In this document: piece by piece, positions 14,626 to 31,501 of the stretch
Numbering within the stretch: position 1 is the stretch's first letter
Layout of the letters: every line of letters begins with the position of its first letter
Assembly (NCBI RefSeq): GCF_009914755.1
Contig: NC_060940.1
Reading direction: 5' to 3' (one strand)
Source of the DNA: the human T2T-CHM13v2.0 reference genome, Homo sapiens
DNA: 64,000 nt
Translations under genes and position numbers: made by a program
The notes under the pieces: model-generated
Told to the model about the DNA's origin: nothing
Databases searched by the model: none
Seen by the model: the letters and a program-made list of their open reading frames with translations, nothing else

Positions 14626-15018
14626 TACTATGACCTGAATGTTGGTGTCCTCCAAAAATTTATATGTTGGAATCTAATGCCCAATATGATACTATTAAGA
14701 GGTGGAGACATTAGGAAATGATTAAGTCATGAGGCATTCAGCCTCATGGATGGGTTTAGCGCTCTTAAAAATGACACTGAAGGGAGCGTCCACTTTTGGC
14801 CTCTTCCAGCATGTGAGGAAACAGCAAGAACGTGCCATCCATGAGTAACAGGTGCTCACCAGACAGCAAATCTGCTGGAGCCTTGATCTTGGATTTCCCA
14901 GCCTCTAGAACTGTAAGTGAATTTCTGATGTTTATAAGTTACTCAGTATAAGGTTTTTGGTGTTGTTGTTGTTGTTTGTTCATTTGTTTTTATATAGCTG
15001 TCCAAATGGACTAAAACA
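14626..15018 (+). mobile_element. MaLR solo LTR (MLT1A/MSTD-like)
   Basis: tactatgacctgaatgttggtgtcc...ccttgatcttggatttcccagcctctagaactgt...aatggactaaaaca. Confidence 0.88.
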
Positions 15019-16219
15019 GAGTGAAACAGAAAATAGCATCTTAGACCCAGGTTGTAGTACTCGCCTTGCCACTTTCCACCTAAGTGATCACAGATGCCTT
15101 TCTTTTTGTGAATTCATCATGTTTACAATGAAATAACAAAGTTTTTCTCAGATAATTCATTTGAAAGTCAAACAAAATACATGTGTGAAGGGAAACATCT
15201 CAAGTTCTAAAAAAATGTATTATTTCAAACCAGAAAATTAACAACAATAATGATGATGACTAGTATTTGTTATGATTCACTAGGTATGACTCAATGTACC
15301 ACTCTAAAAGAACATTCAATACAATAGTTTATTAAATCCTACTAGTATCCACTCCCTATTTCTGAAATACTAAGTTTTAGAAGTTAATTATATAACAAGT
15401 AAGAGATGGGATTAAGATTCCAATCTAATATTATTAACTGGTAACCTTCATTGAATGCTTCTAGAGGTAGCCAACCTATTATATAAATTTGTGTATCCCC
15501 ACCAAACTCAGCACAACACCAAACATGCCCTAGTTAGCAAGGAACTAACAGATTTATTTATTCACAGACAAGTAATGCCTTAGTGGAAATCCTAACCAAC
15601 ATCAGACACAACAATTGACATTATTTAGTCAGCTGTTAGTTCTAATTAACCAAAATCCAATCCATTGTTTTACATCACAGTTTATTAGTTCCTGGAGTAA
15701 AAAGATCTGTTTTCATGGTATCCTTGAATTAAGGCCCATAATATATCCATTATCAACACATTTATTTGAATATATAAGGTACCAACATTCATATTCCTGT
15801 TTTATGTATTTATTTTTAATGTTGAAATTAAAAGTGTTTTTTTTAGTCAGTATTTTGAAACTTGGAGGGACTTTTTAAATTATCTGTTTCTAGTTCAAAT
15901 TAGATTTGGACTTCAGGGCAGAAAGAAAGGAAATGAGTTACCTAAATCTCAAGAAAATGTGAATGGCAGGGCTTGTACTCTGCCCTGTGTCTCAGTAATA
16001 CTTGTAGGGATAGTTTTGGCTTCTGGTCTTTGGAATGGCCTTTGGTGAAGATTTAAAAGTTGCAGTAAATTACTGTTTCATGATGGATATAACTTCTAGC
16101 TCAGATGATATCATAAAAATTACCTGGAGGATGATTACGACTGAACTGCAGGATGATTAAGAATGAAGTAGAATGTTGTTACCAGCGTCTTGTACCATAA
16201 TCTGTATGAGTTATTTCTT

Positions 16220-18571
<2,352 letters not shown>

Positions 18572-19420
18572 TAAGCTTTTTTTTGTCATTGCTATTATTA
18601 TTCTATTGTTGCTGCTATTGTCTTATTGAGCAATTAGGAAGCTGTTAAAACCTTGCCTGGCAGAAATTCTCCATGTATTGGCCTTTCTTCAACTTAAATA
18701 GATATCAGTGTTTCAGGGAGAACTTACTGGAGTCAATATTAAAGGAAGGTGAGGCTGCAGAGAGATAAAAAATGGTTGAAGGGCACATAGAGTGAAAGAG
18801 ATAAAGTGAACTCAGATTTTCCCATGCCCATTCGCATCTGGTTTTTTCTTCTTTTTGCAATTGTATGTAAAGAAGTGACCCTTTTCATTATATTATTATT
18901 ATATATTTAATTACTTTTATCTATAAAAAAGTACAATGCTAAGTACTTTTAGTTGAAATATGTTTATTATTTAATGTTCACCACTAAACAGGGAGGGAGA
19001 AATATTATAACCATTTTGTAGCAAATAAGTAAAATATCTAAAACCTCCTGTCTCCCTGGATTCCTCTTTCGTATGGATGGTGTATTTGGAGCCATCAAAG
19101 CCCAGAGAAGGACTCCCTAGAACTAGCACACCAGATGGAGGAAGTAATAGGGATTCAGAAGGTTTCTGTTGCTTAGCAAAAGACAAAAGGGGAGTGATTC
19201 ATCCAGAGATGACCATTTTCAGGGTCAAGCATTAATTAAATAAGCCGCCTACTAAATATCAGAGGCAGTAGGAACAGGAAGATCAGGTACACAAGGAATG
19301 CTGACATATAGACCAGACGGAGTCAGTGAAATGGATAGCATGCTGCTTAATTCTGTGGATGCCTTCACCCTACTGACAAGAGGCACAGGATTCTTCTCTC
19401 ACCCAAAAATCTTGCAAGTA

Positions 19421-19495
19421 TTAGGTTGGTGCAAAAGTAATTGTGGTTTTGGCCACTAAATTGCAAAAACTGCAATTACTTTTACACCAACCTAA
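19421..19495. mobile_element. MADE1 (Hsmar1-derived MITE), near-palindromic
   Basis: ttaggttggtgcaaaagtaattg...caattacttttacaccaacctaa, with TA TSD at 19419-20 and 19496-97. Confidence 0.97.
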
Positions 19496-21349
19496 TAGTA
19501 AGATTAAGATGTAGTCCTCATAGATCCTGAACAGTCATCCCTCAAAATCTAATTATTACTTAACTATACCTCCTCTCTTGCTCTAGTGGTCACTATTTGG
19601 AGGAAAGTTTGGAGTGCTGTGTACATTAAGAAGTCCATATTCCTAGTAGATAAACTGTAGAAATTATACTTTATTTTTCTTTCAAAGTTGAAATCTGTGT
19701 TACATTGCATCCTGCTCCTTTAATACTTGTTCAGTAGCCAATGGTGCTAGCCATTATACTGTCACAGAGCACCTTTTTCCAAAATAAATCACAGTCTATG
19801 GAAACTCATTACATATAATTATTATAATTTCAGAAACTCTGAGTTCTATTTTTTCTCTAATCTACCTATTTTAATTTTTGAAATAATATTGATATATTAT
19901 TAATTAATGTGAACTATGGATAATCAAATATATATTATAATTACTAAACAATAATGGAATATACTTAATCAACAAGATACCTCTTGCAACCCTATGTTTA
20001 AAGATGAGTTTATTTATTTATTAAATATTTAAACCAAGTTTTTTAGCATTTCAACAGTAAAGGACCCATTATTAACCCATAATGTCTTAGACACTTAATT
20101 GACCATATCTGTACATATGTTGTATTCAGTTTCAGAAATTACATGGAAAATGTCTCTGTCTGTACAGTTCTAATTAACCAGATGTCTCCATGAGGTTTTG
20201 AAATTATCCTTTTTATAGGTTAATGTTTTAGTCAATATATGTGAAACAGGACTGATTGATCAGTAATTACCCATGAGCACTCACCTAGATCAGTGGTGGT
20301 GTGTTCCAGAAGGCAAAGACTCTTTGTCCAAGGACAGTTACCCCTACATGCATTCCACATTCCTTAACATTTCTTAGCTCTATTTGCATTCTTTGATGCC
20401 CAAAGCCAGATTCTGCCAGTCACTGCAACTTGTCTCCTGTCTAGTTACACAATGAATTAAATATCCATTCCCCTTATTTGGAAAACATTTTTTTCCTCAT
20501 GTCCAGAAATCTGCATCCACCTAATAGGGTAAGATTGAGGACAATGCATAAAACACATTGTAATTTTACAGAAATTATGTAAACTTGGTAAAAATTTTGA
20601 GAACCCATTCAGGGAAAAAAAATAAAAATAAAATAAAGTTTTGTCTTTATTTCTCAAATAAGGAATGGGAATATAAGCAGTGAAGTATTTAGACAGGGTC
20701 ACAGGCAGCAACTTTAAATGACAGCTCATCTCATTTCCACTGAGGTTCACAAGGCCTGCCCAGGAGGCCAGAGTTCAATCTGAATTCATCTTGCTTCTAG
20801 CATAGACAACAGTGCATTTCCCCCACATAGCTCCTTTAGCCACCACGCAGTGTTTCTCCTGGATCATGCTGAAGAGACCATTGCCAGTTCTCATTTGGTC
20901 TACAAATGTCACCTTTCACTAAGAACACTTTTGAGATCATTTGGAAGACTGAACAGGAGGACGTGCATGGAAACATAGGATGATTGAAAATGAATCAAAA
21001 GCTGATGGTTGCAAGATATTCTTTATCAGTGAAAAACAGATTTCTGATAAGTAATACCTTCTTCCAAATACTTTTTTACTTTAAACAAATAGGTAAGCTG
21101 GATCACTTAATGGTACTTGAAGCAATCAGAAATACAATAAGCTTAATAAAGTGCCCTCTTCAGCTTTTAATCAAACAATTTAAATTAAGTAATCTTCGGG
21201 TAACATTTCTTGAACACTTTCTATCTTCTAGGCACTATTAAAGTACTTTAGATGTATTAATTCATATGATATTCCCCATATTTTCAAAAGGTAGATACTA
21301 GTTATATTCCTTTTTATAAAAAATAAAAATAAAACAAAGAAAATTTTAC

Positions 21350-21617
21350 TGGAAGCAGCTCACTTTTGTCACTTGGATGGCCCTTCAGAAAAGTCCCAAA
21401 CTGAGCCAGGAAGGTAGGTCTTGAACCCCTGCACTCAGTTAAATTGAGTTCCTTCCCATAAAAGTGAACTCTTAGGAATGAATCACTTTATTCTGTTAAG
21501 AGCAATTACAGGGGAAATCCTCGCCCATCAGCAGTCAGCAGACACTTTTAACTACTAGGAGAACTGGTGCCTTTCTCTTGGAGGTGGATTTCAGTCATGC
21601 ACTAAAACATCCACTAC
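21350..21617 (-). mobile_element. ERVL LTR16C-like partial LTR
   Basis: Reverse complement begins gtagtggatg and contains tttgggacttttctgaagggccatcc. Confidence 0.65.
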
Positions 21618-22049
21618 TCAGACGAAAGGATAAACCCTAGATGTATAATGAAGCCACGGATATATGACTATATAAACTAATGAATAAAGAGATGCTTGGA
21701 ATGTATCTGTCTGATTTATCATCTGGAAAGAAGAGTTACTTAGTCCTCCTAGGTTAGAATCATATTTAGCATATTCAGATTTTTGTCTTCCATTTAGAAA
21801 AGGAAGCACAATCTGAATTATCGTTAATAAACATTCACGCATTCCAAATAATGACTTTGCAACATGAGAGCCACCTAGTGAAACAGGAAGTAGTATGTAT
21901 TTAGTGCAGATGATTGGCTGTCTGAGACAAATAGAAGAAAGTGGATTGTCTCAAAATATCACCACAAAGAGTAATAGCTCTAGAAATCATACTGAGGTTA
22001 GATTGCAACAAATCAGAACAATAGAGGAAGAAGGAAATTGTCATATCAT

Positions 22050-22230
22050 CAGCTCTGTGCTATGTCTTTTACATGTATTATCACACTTATTCCTTAAAAC
22101 TACCTGCATATCAAAATGCCATAAGAAGTTGAGAAAATAAAGGTTCAGAAAGGTAAAGTAAGTTGTCCAATGTGATACAGCTAAGTAATGAATCTTGTGG
22201 TTAAACACAGATATGTCTAGATCAAAATCC
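22050..22230 (-). mobile_element. MIR
   Basis: tgagaaaataaaggttcagaaaggtaaagtaagttgtccaatgtgatacagctaagtaa matches the MIR core. Confidence 0.7.
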
Positions 22231-23479
22231 AGTTGTCTACAAAGGCTAATATTATGTATTTACGCTTCTTTAATACTTACATGTATATGTCTCTAAATTT
22301 CACAAGTTTATTATTAAACAGTCACAATTGCAATAATTGACATTAACACCCATTTTACAGTTTGCTATAAATGTTATATTCAGAATTTATTTTTTATTTG
22401 TTCTTTGTAACTTGATTGAGAAACAAAGCAGACATGATAATCTTTAGTTTACAGATGAGAAAGTTTACACTTAAAAGAGGCCTCTTTTCTCTTTCAATTC
22501 TCTGGCTGTGGAACCATTTCATCATCCATCTGAAATGGTGGAATCCCACCCTCTTTTGTCAGTAGAGCTGATGCCATTCTGGATATTTTAGGCAGTTTGG
22601 GTCAGATTTTCACAGATTAAAGTGAGCAGTATATAGAGGAGGCACAGCATGTTGTGGCTTATGTGTTTTGTGATGCTTTCTCTCCAAAGTTCCACACAGA
22701 AAACTTTCAAAGAGGCTAAGTGATTTATCCAAAGTCACTCAGCTTGGACCTGACAGTCAAACCAGAAAAGGAGGATGTGTGTTTCAAAATAATTTATCAT
22801 GTTCTTGACACAACGGCTATAGCTCTTGATGTGCAGGAAAAGCAACTGTTTCTTATTTGTTCTGGGTTCTTACTTCTAAGATGCTTAACCTCTGCTGCTC
22901 TCACACTGATGACAAAAAGGTGGAGCCAAAGTCTGATGAGACCTGAGACAATTTTTTGTCCCAGATATTGACTATATTTGTCTCTCTACTCCTGGAATCT
23001 CACTGAGTGATACCAGACAGCATGTTTTTTTCCTCTGTGGAAATGTAGATCATTTCACTTGCCATCAGAGGAAAATTAAAAAAAACAACAACTGATGCTT
23101 TTTCTCTCTCTGCTGTGTCTCTTAGTTTATATGAAATTTTTTGAAGTCACATGACCTTTGCTTTGATCACTTCCAATTGCACTGCACCCAACAATCTTTG
23201 TATTACTCATTTTTCTATGTCAAAGAATTTGTTTAATCTTCAACTTGTTCTGTTGGATAATTACTTTAGAGAAACTTTAACCTTGTATTAGTCAAGTAAT
23301 TCACATGTTCTCTGGAATTCACTTTAATAACTCCATTATTCCTATTTTTGAAAAAAAAACATTTAAAGTCAGCTCTTTTTTTAAATTCCCCTTTTTCTTT
23401 CTCTTTCAACAGTATATTTAGAGCTGCTTACTTATCTGTATAGGGATTGATTCAATGTAAGCCACTTATTTGTTTAATC

Positions 23480-23830
23480 ATCTATTCATTTGAAATGTGT
23501 TGAGTGCCTGCTTTAGGTGTATATTATGAACAAAATATGGTAAAAAGAAGAGATGAATTAATAATTTTCATTTCCCTCAAAAAGTTTATGTTCTAAATCA
23601 GTAAACACAGAAGACAAATAATTTCAACACATTGTGGTAGGTACCATAATAGCAATATGTGAAGATAGCAATTAGGGAAAATTTAATTCTGATGGTAGAA
23701 TTCAAGGGAATATTCATATTACAGGGGACTCTTGAGATGATTGATTGTAAAGGAATGAGCAAGGAGAACATAAGGGTAGGAGGACCTGGAAACATAGCAC
23801 TAAAGACTGGGAGAATGGTGATTTATAAGA
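23480..23830 (-). mobile_element. L2 fragment
   Basis: tattcatttgaaatgtgttgagtgcctgct..., the antisense L2 3' end. Confidence 0.5.
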
Positions 23831-23854
23831 CTAAGAATAAAATAACCCCAAATC

Positions 23855-24203
23855 TACATTAGTTTTCATCTCAGAATATTACAGACTGGGTGGCTTAAAC
23901 AATAGAAATTTACTTTCTCATAATCTAGAGGCTAGAAGTCCAAGATCAAGGTGCCAGTAGGGTTGGTTTCTGGTGAAGTCTCTCTCATTGGCTTGAAGAT
24001 GGCCACCTTCTCTTAGTGTGCTTTTTTTGTGTGCATGTGCATCCATGCTTTTTATAAGAATATCAGTATTGGATTAGGGCCCAACCCTTATAACCTCATT
24101 TAACCATAATTATCTCATCAACGGTCTTATCTTCAAATAAAGTCACATTGAGAGTTCTGACTTTAAGTTGTAAATTTCGGAGAGACACAATTCAGTTCAT
24201 AAC
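23855..24203 (-). mobile_element. MaLR LTR (MLT1B-like), 3' LTR
   Basis: acagactgggtggcttaaacaatagaaattt, gaagtccaagatcaaggtgccag and gacacaattcagttcataac. Confidence 0.88.
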
Positions 24204-25440
24204 TTTCTGCCTTCTGAACTCCTGAAATGTATGTATTTTTCATATGAAAAATACATTTACTCCACCCCCAAAAGCACCAAGTCTTAATGCATTTTAGCAT
24301 CCACTATAAACACATGGTCTAATCTAAATATCATCAAAATCTGATATCGATGATGCCAGAGGGACGGTTCATCTTTTGCATAATTTCTCTTTATCTATGA
24401 ACCCATGAAACCAACAAGGTATATGCTTCCAAAATACAATGGTGAGACAGGCATCCGAAAGACGCTACTTTCTTCTGAAAGGGAAACATCAGAATGAAGA
24501 AAGTGTAATGGGTCCCAAGCAAGTTCAAAACCTAGAAAGACAAATTCCATTAGATCTTAAGGCTCAAGAATACTCTTCTGGGCCCACTGGGGCAGCAAAA
24601 TTGCCCCCATGGCCTTAGGCATGGATCCTACCCCCTAAGTGGGTGGTGGCCCCATCTCCAAGGCTATAGCTGTTGGTCCTGCTTCCAAGGCTCTGAGTGG
24701 CAGTTTATTCCTGAATCACTGGGCAGTGCCAGCCTGGCCCAACCCAAACCAAGGAAGAGATCACTTTGAAACTGAGGCAGAGACAGCCTTGTCACTGAAT
24801 CACCCTAGGGGGCATCCTTCCCTTTTCCTGATGGGTAAGACATGTTCATAGCTAGATAACTCTATTGTCCTGTCCTGAGAATCCCAAGAGTCTGAAAGCC
24901 TACATTTATTTTATCCCCTCTCTGTCCTCTTTAGTCCAAAATTGCAGTGTTTTTGCTGATGTAGTTCAATATCCATTCCTGGTGCTGTTTATATGGCTGA
25001 TTTAAATCATGGGTAATTTCTTTTTGTAGCAATTGTCCAGCCATACTCCTGGTGTTCTCTTCAGAATGCACTCTCTAATTTATTGCAATATGAATAATCT
25101 GAGAATTTTCCAAGTTTTCAAATTCTGGTTTCTTTTGCTCAGTGATATTTCAATCTATCTCTTTCTTCTCACATTTTACTGTAACGAGAAACCAAGCTTT
25201 ACTTTCAATACTTCAATTAGAAATCTCCTCTGCTAAATAGCTAAATTCATCACCCTCAATTTCTACTTTCCCATTAAACACAATAATACATTTTGCCCAA
25301 TTATTTGCCACTTTATAACAGTTACCTTTCCTACAGTTTCCAACAGCATAGTTCTCATTTCCATATGAGACCTCACCAGAATCACATTTAACATCCATAT
25401 TCCCACCATAAGTTCTTTCAAGGCAATTTTTATTCTACCA
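24204..25440 (-). mobile_element. MaLR internal region (MLT1-int); second LTR not seen
   Basis: Contiguous with the LTR. Motifs gcttccaaaatacaatggtgagacaggcat, ttagaaatctcctctgctaaata and ttctcatttccatatgagacctcacc. Confidence 0.8.
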
Positions 25441-26171
25441 TGTGATATAACAAGAGTTCAGCTAGATAGTGAGATAGATCATTTAAATTGGGCAGAAGTC
25501 AGAAAACCACAGCGGTTGTAGGTTCTGTGAAAAACTGAAATGAGAAGGTGGCACATTGTGCTCTCTGAAGTACTGACAGAAACAGCCTTTAGGATGTGAT
25601 TCATCTTTGGAAACAGCCCCTTTCGAGGTAGGGGTTTACCTATTCAGATCAGAGGGCACAGAAGTACATCAGTTACACAAGAAAAACAACTAAGAGGTTA
25701 AAGGGTGTATTCATATATACTATCATATCCTATCTGTCCTGCAATTAAAAGTGCTCATATCCTCAAATATAACTTCATAGACTCCCTCTAACTCAGAAAA
25801 GCATTGATAGAAAGCTTTGCTTTAGCTGACAGGTGTGGCCAACGAAATTCAGCTTTAGATAGGAGCCCACAAAAGACATTCAACTGTTAATTTTTCTGAG
25901 CTTTATGTAATAGAACATTTGGATAAGCTTTTGTAGTTAGAATGAAATTTCTGTCTGCCTCCTTTTTCATGAGTGTACTTCCAATTATGATACTCAATCA
26001 AGACACCCGCTGTAACTTTTTTCTTGCTTGACTTTATGCAGGAGTGGGTGTTGGGGGTGGAAAGAAGTATTTCATGTTGTTTTTGACTATCTCTATCTTT
26101 TAGGAAATTACGTTTTTCTTTTAAAAATGTTGAAAATCCAGTGAAGCTGGAGTCATGCTTGCGCTGGAGCT

Positions 26172-26345
26172 TGGTTCTCAAATTTTATTGTCATTAGAAT
26201 TTCCTGGAGAATGTATTAGAATAGAGATTGCTGGGTTCCACCCCAGAGTGTTTCATTTAACAGGTATAGGAAGGCCCAGGAGTTAATATATCATTCTAAG
26301 ATTTTCTCAGGTGATGCTGAAGCTGTTAGTCTAGGGAGGAAGTTC
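26172..26345. mobile_element. MER5A (hAT-Charlie)
   Basis: tggttctcaaa...attagaatttcctggag...gattgctgggttccaccccagag...caggtgatgctga. Confidence 0.8.
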
Positions 26346-26350
26346 CAGAC

Positions 26351-26352
<2 letters not shown>

Positions 26353-26380
<28 letters not shown>
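26353..26380. repeat. (TG)14 microsatellite
   Basis: Read directly. Confidence 0.95.
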
Positions 26381-26383
<3 letters not shown>

Positions 26384-29002
26384 ATACATATATATGTGTC
26401 ATGCATCTAACTCTACAACTAGAGGAAATGTCTAGAAAAGGACAGAGATATGAGAATCTAACAACCAGGTGTATATATTGGTGGCATATGGAGAAGCCAT
26501 CTATACATTTTTCTTTGGCCTAGAGCAATAAAGCCATGTATCATGTAGGAAAATGCCATTCTCCTTACAAATCACAACTCTCATTTATTAAAATTCCAGA
26601 GGTGGGATTTGGGACCAAAGCTTTCACACATCCGTCCTTCAATCCTACCATCTATCCACCCATTTACTCATTTATTCCTTTAATATTTATGAGCAATTAA
26701 TAGATTCTGTCTACAAGTAGATGATTGCACTTCCCTGCTTTGGTCCCTACATGCGTATACCTCCTTCACAATACATTGCTACGTCTTTTGACCATATTCT
26801 GACCACATATTCTAGCATGATGGCAAATGTGCTAGAAATAAGACATTTATCTAAACTTCAAATTTGCTTTTCTTTGGTACATTTTCTTCTAACTCCTTTT
26901 TTATACATTTTACTTCATTCATTTTCTCTTTAGACACTTTATCTAATTCTTAATACTCTAGAATGATCCATTGAAGTGAGCTGCAAGGGTAATTTTTTGT
27001 TGTTTCTGACTATCCTTTGGTTTATTATACACAAGTCTCTAGGTAACCTCCATTTTTCTCTTATTAAATGTATCCATGGAGGGTGTCTTTGTTAAAGATG
27101 GGCTATTCCTCACCTATTCAAATTAGGGAGCCAAACAGAGAGACGAACATACATTGAATTTACCTGGACTTTTGTAGACACTAATCTACACAAAATACTA
27201 AACATTGTCACTGGTGAGAAATCTGAGGCTTTAAGAATTAACCTGTGCATATGTCAGGAAGTTCATTTATGGTGAAGATGAGATTTATATCAGGCTTCTC
27301 TAAATATAAAGTCTTACTATAATATTTCTACAAGACTGATGCGTGAGAGGGCTATTCACAGCTTAAGAAACCATTGGATATTTTCCTAAGATTGGAACTC
27401 TGAGCTGGTTTCCACTTCTTATGCTTGACATTTATTAAGTTTATTTTTTTCTCAGAGCCTTCCATAGTGGCTTTTCTATGTCTCAATACACCAGACCATT
27501 ATGTCTCTGAATGACCTCCTCTTTCATTAAAGCAGTTGATACCTCCAAGCTTAACTGTGTCTGTGCAAGATATTAATATACAGAGACTTTTTCCCCTTTG
27601 CTGCTAACCTCCTCTTCACTCCAATTATCCAAGTGGTTGAGACCTACCATTGGAGTTGTTAGTTATATTAAATTGAGAAATAGTCACAGGTCATAAACCT
27701 CCTAAATAAATTGTGCTCAAATAAAATGTGCATAGAAATTAAAGTTCTAGATCACATTTATTTCCAAGTTTTACTGTGTTCACAGTGATTTTCTTTTGCG
27801 CATGTAATGAATCCTTATTTGTTTAATGACAGTGATTAGGTTTCTTAAATTACCAGAAATCAAATCCATTTCCCTCAGCACTGGGCATATACATGAGAAT
27901 TTTCAGTTGTATATTCTCCAGGCTCCTTTTTATAATGGCACTAAATATGTATAAACAAGCATCTGTTGCCGTAATTTAAATGTTTTCTTCATATGCACTG
28001 CATGTATATTAAACAGAGAATGTGTTGTATAACATATTAGTTATGTTCATAGATTAGTATCTTTATTTGTGAATAGCTAGCTTGTAAATATCTCCAATAA
28101 ATGTAGCAAAGTATATCTTTCCGACTCAAATAGTCACATCTTCCATATGACGGTATGTTTTATATTTATTATTCAAGATCACGTTTCAAAGTACTTAGAA
28201 TCTACAGCTATAAGAGGTCACACCTCTCCTTGCTTTAGGTGATTTTCAACAAAATAACTACCTTTTCTTAAACTATCCAGAGATTCAAATATAATTTTGA
28301 CACTTGCTGCCTTGAAATAATGGTGCTAATTAAAATTAAAATTGGAATAGAAATTTAAAATTAAAATGACAAAAAAGAAGACCCTGCAGTTGACAAATAT
28401 ATATGTAAAATAGAATCAAAGAAAAAGAGAGTAGTTGGAAAACAGTATGCTAAATTGACTTTTTAAATAAGAAGTTGGCAAGTATAATGGAGGCTTGTAT
28501 ATTCTATGCAGAATGAGGTGACTTTTAACCATACAATTTTCGGCACAGTGACAACTGATGTTGAAGAAACTAGATGGAACATGAATTAAACTATTAAAAA
28601 TAAGAAAAGTCAGTATATACACATTATAGGATATTTTCATCAATTTTGCTGCTTACAAATTCAAGTGGAATTGCAGAACAAAACCTATTTTATGAACGTG
28701 CCATTTGACCTAAGCCCCTTGAAAATAATAATATTAACCTTTACCACCAGGCTATAATAAAATGCTTTGCATTTAAATAGCCAGTAAGTGTCTTTCCTAT
28801 TCTTTTCCACTATGTGAATTTTTGCAGGTTTATATTAAACATGTATAGAACAGTATATCTTACATTGAAGAATAGCCTCATGATGATGCTGTTTTATGAA
28901 TAATTGATATGCGAATTCATTAATATCTCACCTTCAAATCATATGTGTGATTTTATCCATATCCAGACATTCTGTTGTTAATTTATTTAGATAACTAAAG
29001 AT

Positions 29003-29634
29003 TGTATTAGTTGTCTATTGCTATGTAACAATAACCACAATTTTAGTAGCTTAAAACACTACACATTTATTATCTCATAGTTTCTTTAGGTATACTATAT
29101 CTCTAAGCATGGTATAGACATGTTCTCGGTTCAAGGCTTTGGAAAACTACAATCAAGCTGTCAGTCACACCACAACTCATTTGAGTCTCTGGGTCCTACT
29201 CCAAACTCATTCAGATTGTTAGAAAAATTCAGTTCCTTGTGGTTGTAGTACTGAGGTCCCTATTTTCTTGCTAGCAATTAACAGGGACAAATCTCATTTT
29301 CCAACACTGCTCACAGTGCCTAGCCAGACAGCTTCCAACATCAGTTCACAACAAAGCTGTTTGCTTTCTTCCACACCAGCAGAAATAAGACTGTTTAAAG
29401 TCTTTATCTAGGACTAGCTGAAAGTAATGCTCTGCTTTCGAAGGATGCACTTAATTAGGTCACCTTCACCCAGCATAATCTCCCTGTTTTTAGGGCAACT
29501 GATTTGAGACTTTCATCACATCAGCAAAATCCCTTCACAGGAGCACCTAGGTTAGTGTTTGAATGCCTGGGATGAAGTGCATATATCCCAGGTTCCTGGA
29601 TCTTGAGGGACATCTTAGAATTCTCCCTACCACA
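29003..29634 (-). mobile_element. MaLR solo LTR (MLT1E-like)
   Basis: tgtattagt...cagttccttgtggttgtagtactgaggtccc...catcttagaattctccctaccaca. Probable 5-bp TSD aagat/aaaat. Confidence 0.85.
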
Positions 29635-29831
29635 AAAATTGTAAGTTAGGGCTTTTTATATAGCAAAAAAATTTTATAATAGACTTTTACTGCAAAATAA
29701 CATGGCCTTGAAAGATCAAGGAAAGAAAAGTATGAGTTTGGATCAGACTGCCTGGAGTTTACCTTTATGCTCCATCCCTTGAGAAAGGCTTTTTACCTTT
29801 AAGAAAAGTAAAATTCCACATCTCTTATAGC

Positions 29832-29969
29832 TAGAATGCCTATGTATCTTGATCTACCCAGAAAAATCCAGTGTACCTCTGTTTTTCCGGTGATATAACT
29901 AAAAGTGTTGTTTGCAGTACATTCTAAGATGTATTCTTGTTTGGACAATAAATCATATGGTCTACTTAC
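29832..29969. mobile_element. MER94-like hAT-Blackjack remnant
   Basis: Ends gtttggacaataaatcatatggtctactta. Confidence 0.5.
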
Positions 29970-30734
29970 ATGGCTACTCTGAGGTTCTAATTAGAATATA
30001 TACATATAAAATCTTGCAGTATTTGGGTAATAGAAGGCACTCAAGAGACATTAGTATAGACACCCCCTTTTTCACCAACCTAGATTTGTATCAATGCCAT
30101 TGTGCAAAAGCTTTATGTACATATTGTCACATTCAATGACAAATACAAAAAATTAATAAAATAAGAAACTAAGATTAAAATTGCATAAACTATACTTAGG
30201 GATGTTAGAAAATTAGATAATAAAAATTCAGAGCCAAAAATTGCAAGTTAGTTTATTTTAAGAATATGAAATTTGAGTGTTTCTATGGTGCAGTGTTATA
30301 TTAGGGTTCTTAGAAGATAATCTAGAATAATTTTTAAAAGATGAATCACATTTATACAAGTTAACAAGAAAGGAAAGATATTCATTAAAAAAAAAACTTA
30401 AATAGAACCCAGTGGATGAACAGCAACTGAGTTAGAAGTTCCATGTGGATAGAGCACAAAATGATGACAGGATCCAATGACAGACAGAGCCAACAAGGTG
30501 AAGTCTATTTCAAGCAGTGAAAGATTCTGACGGCTGGGCAAGGACTATATATGTTTTTAATAGGTGGCTGACACAATCACAGTCTGTCAAATGATTGTAA
30601 AGGTCAAGGATTGAATCAGGAAACAAGGTCAGGAGAAACTTCCAATTATTTGAACAAAAATAATAGAGTCCTGAGTTAACACAGTAATGACATGAAAAAC
30701 AAAGAGAAAAGAGAAGAAATATAAGGAATGGAAG

Positions 30735-30930
30735 TATATATACATGTGTGTATATATAAGTGAATATATACATGTGTGTATATATAAGTGAATATATACA
30801 CACATACAAAAAGAAAGCATATATGTGTATATATACAAGTATAAATATATACACACATATATGTCCTTTCTTGTATATATGTAAATATACATGTGTGTGA
30901 ATTTATATCTAGCTCAAAGTCATATATATT
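30735..30930. repeat. TA/TG-rich low-complexity tract with a ~30-bp repeated unit
   Basis: atatatacatgtgtgtatatataagtgaat is repeated. Confidence 0.85.
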
Positions 30931-31077
30931 GAATATAAAGATGTCAATCACTAAGGGATGTATGAAGGGGCCTACTGAATAAAAATAGGAAGAGGCATCA
31001 AGGTTAAGTAGTGGAAATACTAAAAATAAGTTAGTATATTAACAACAACAAAAAAAAACTCCACTTCAGTTATATAG

Positions 31078-31405
<328 letters not shown>

Positions 31406-31501
31406 GAAGCAAAGATATTTTTTTAAAAAGAGGAAAACAGAGCTAAGCACGGCTTGCACTTTATTAAACTGAAGTGTTATTGTGATCAAGTTATAGTAAG
31501 A

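Noticed and set aside
30510-30951. Overlapping Y/I/T/H-rich ORFs (similar at 43652 and 61093)
   Set aside because: These are translations of low-complexity or microsatellite DNA.
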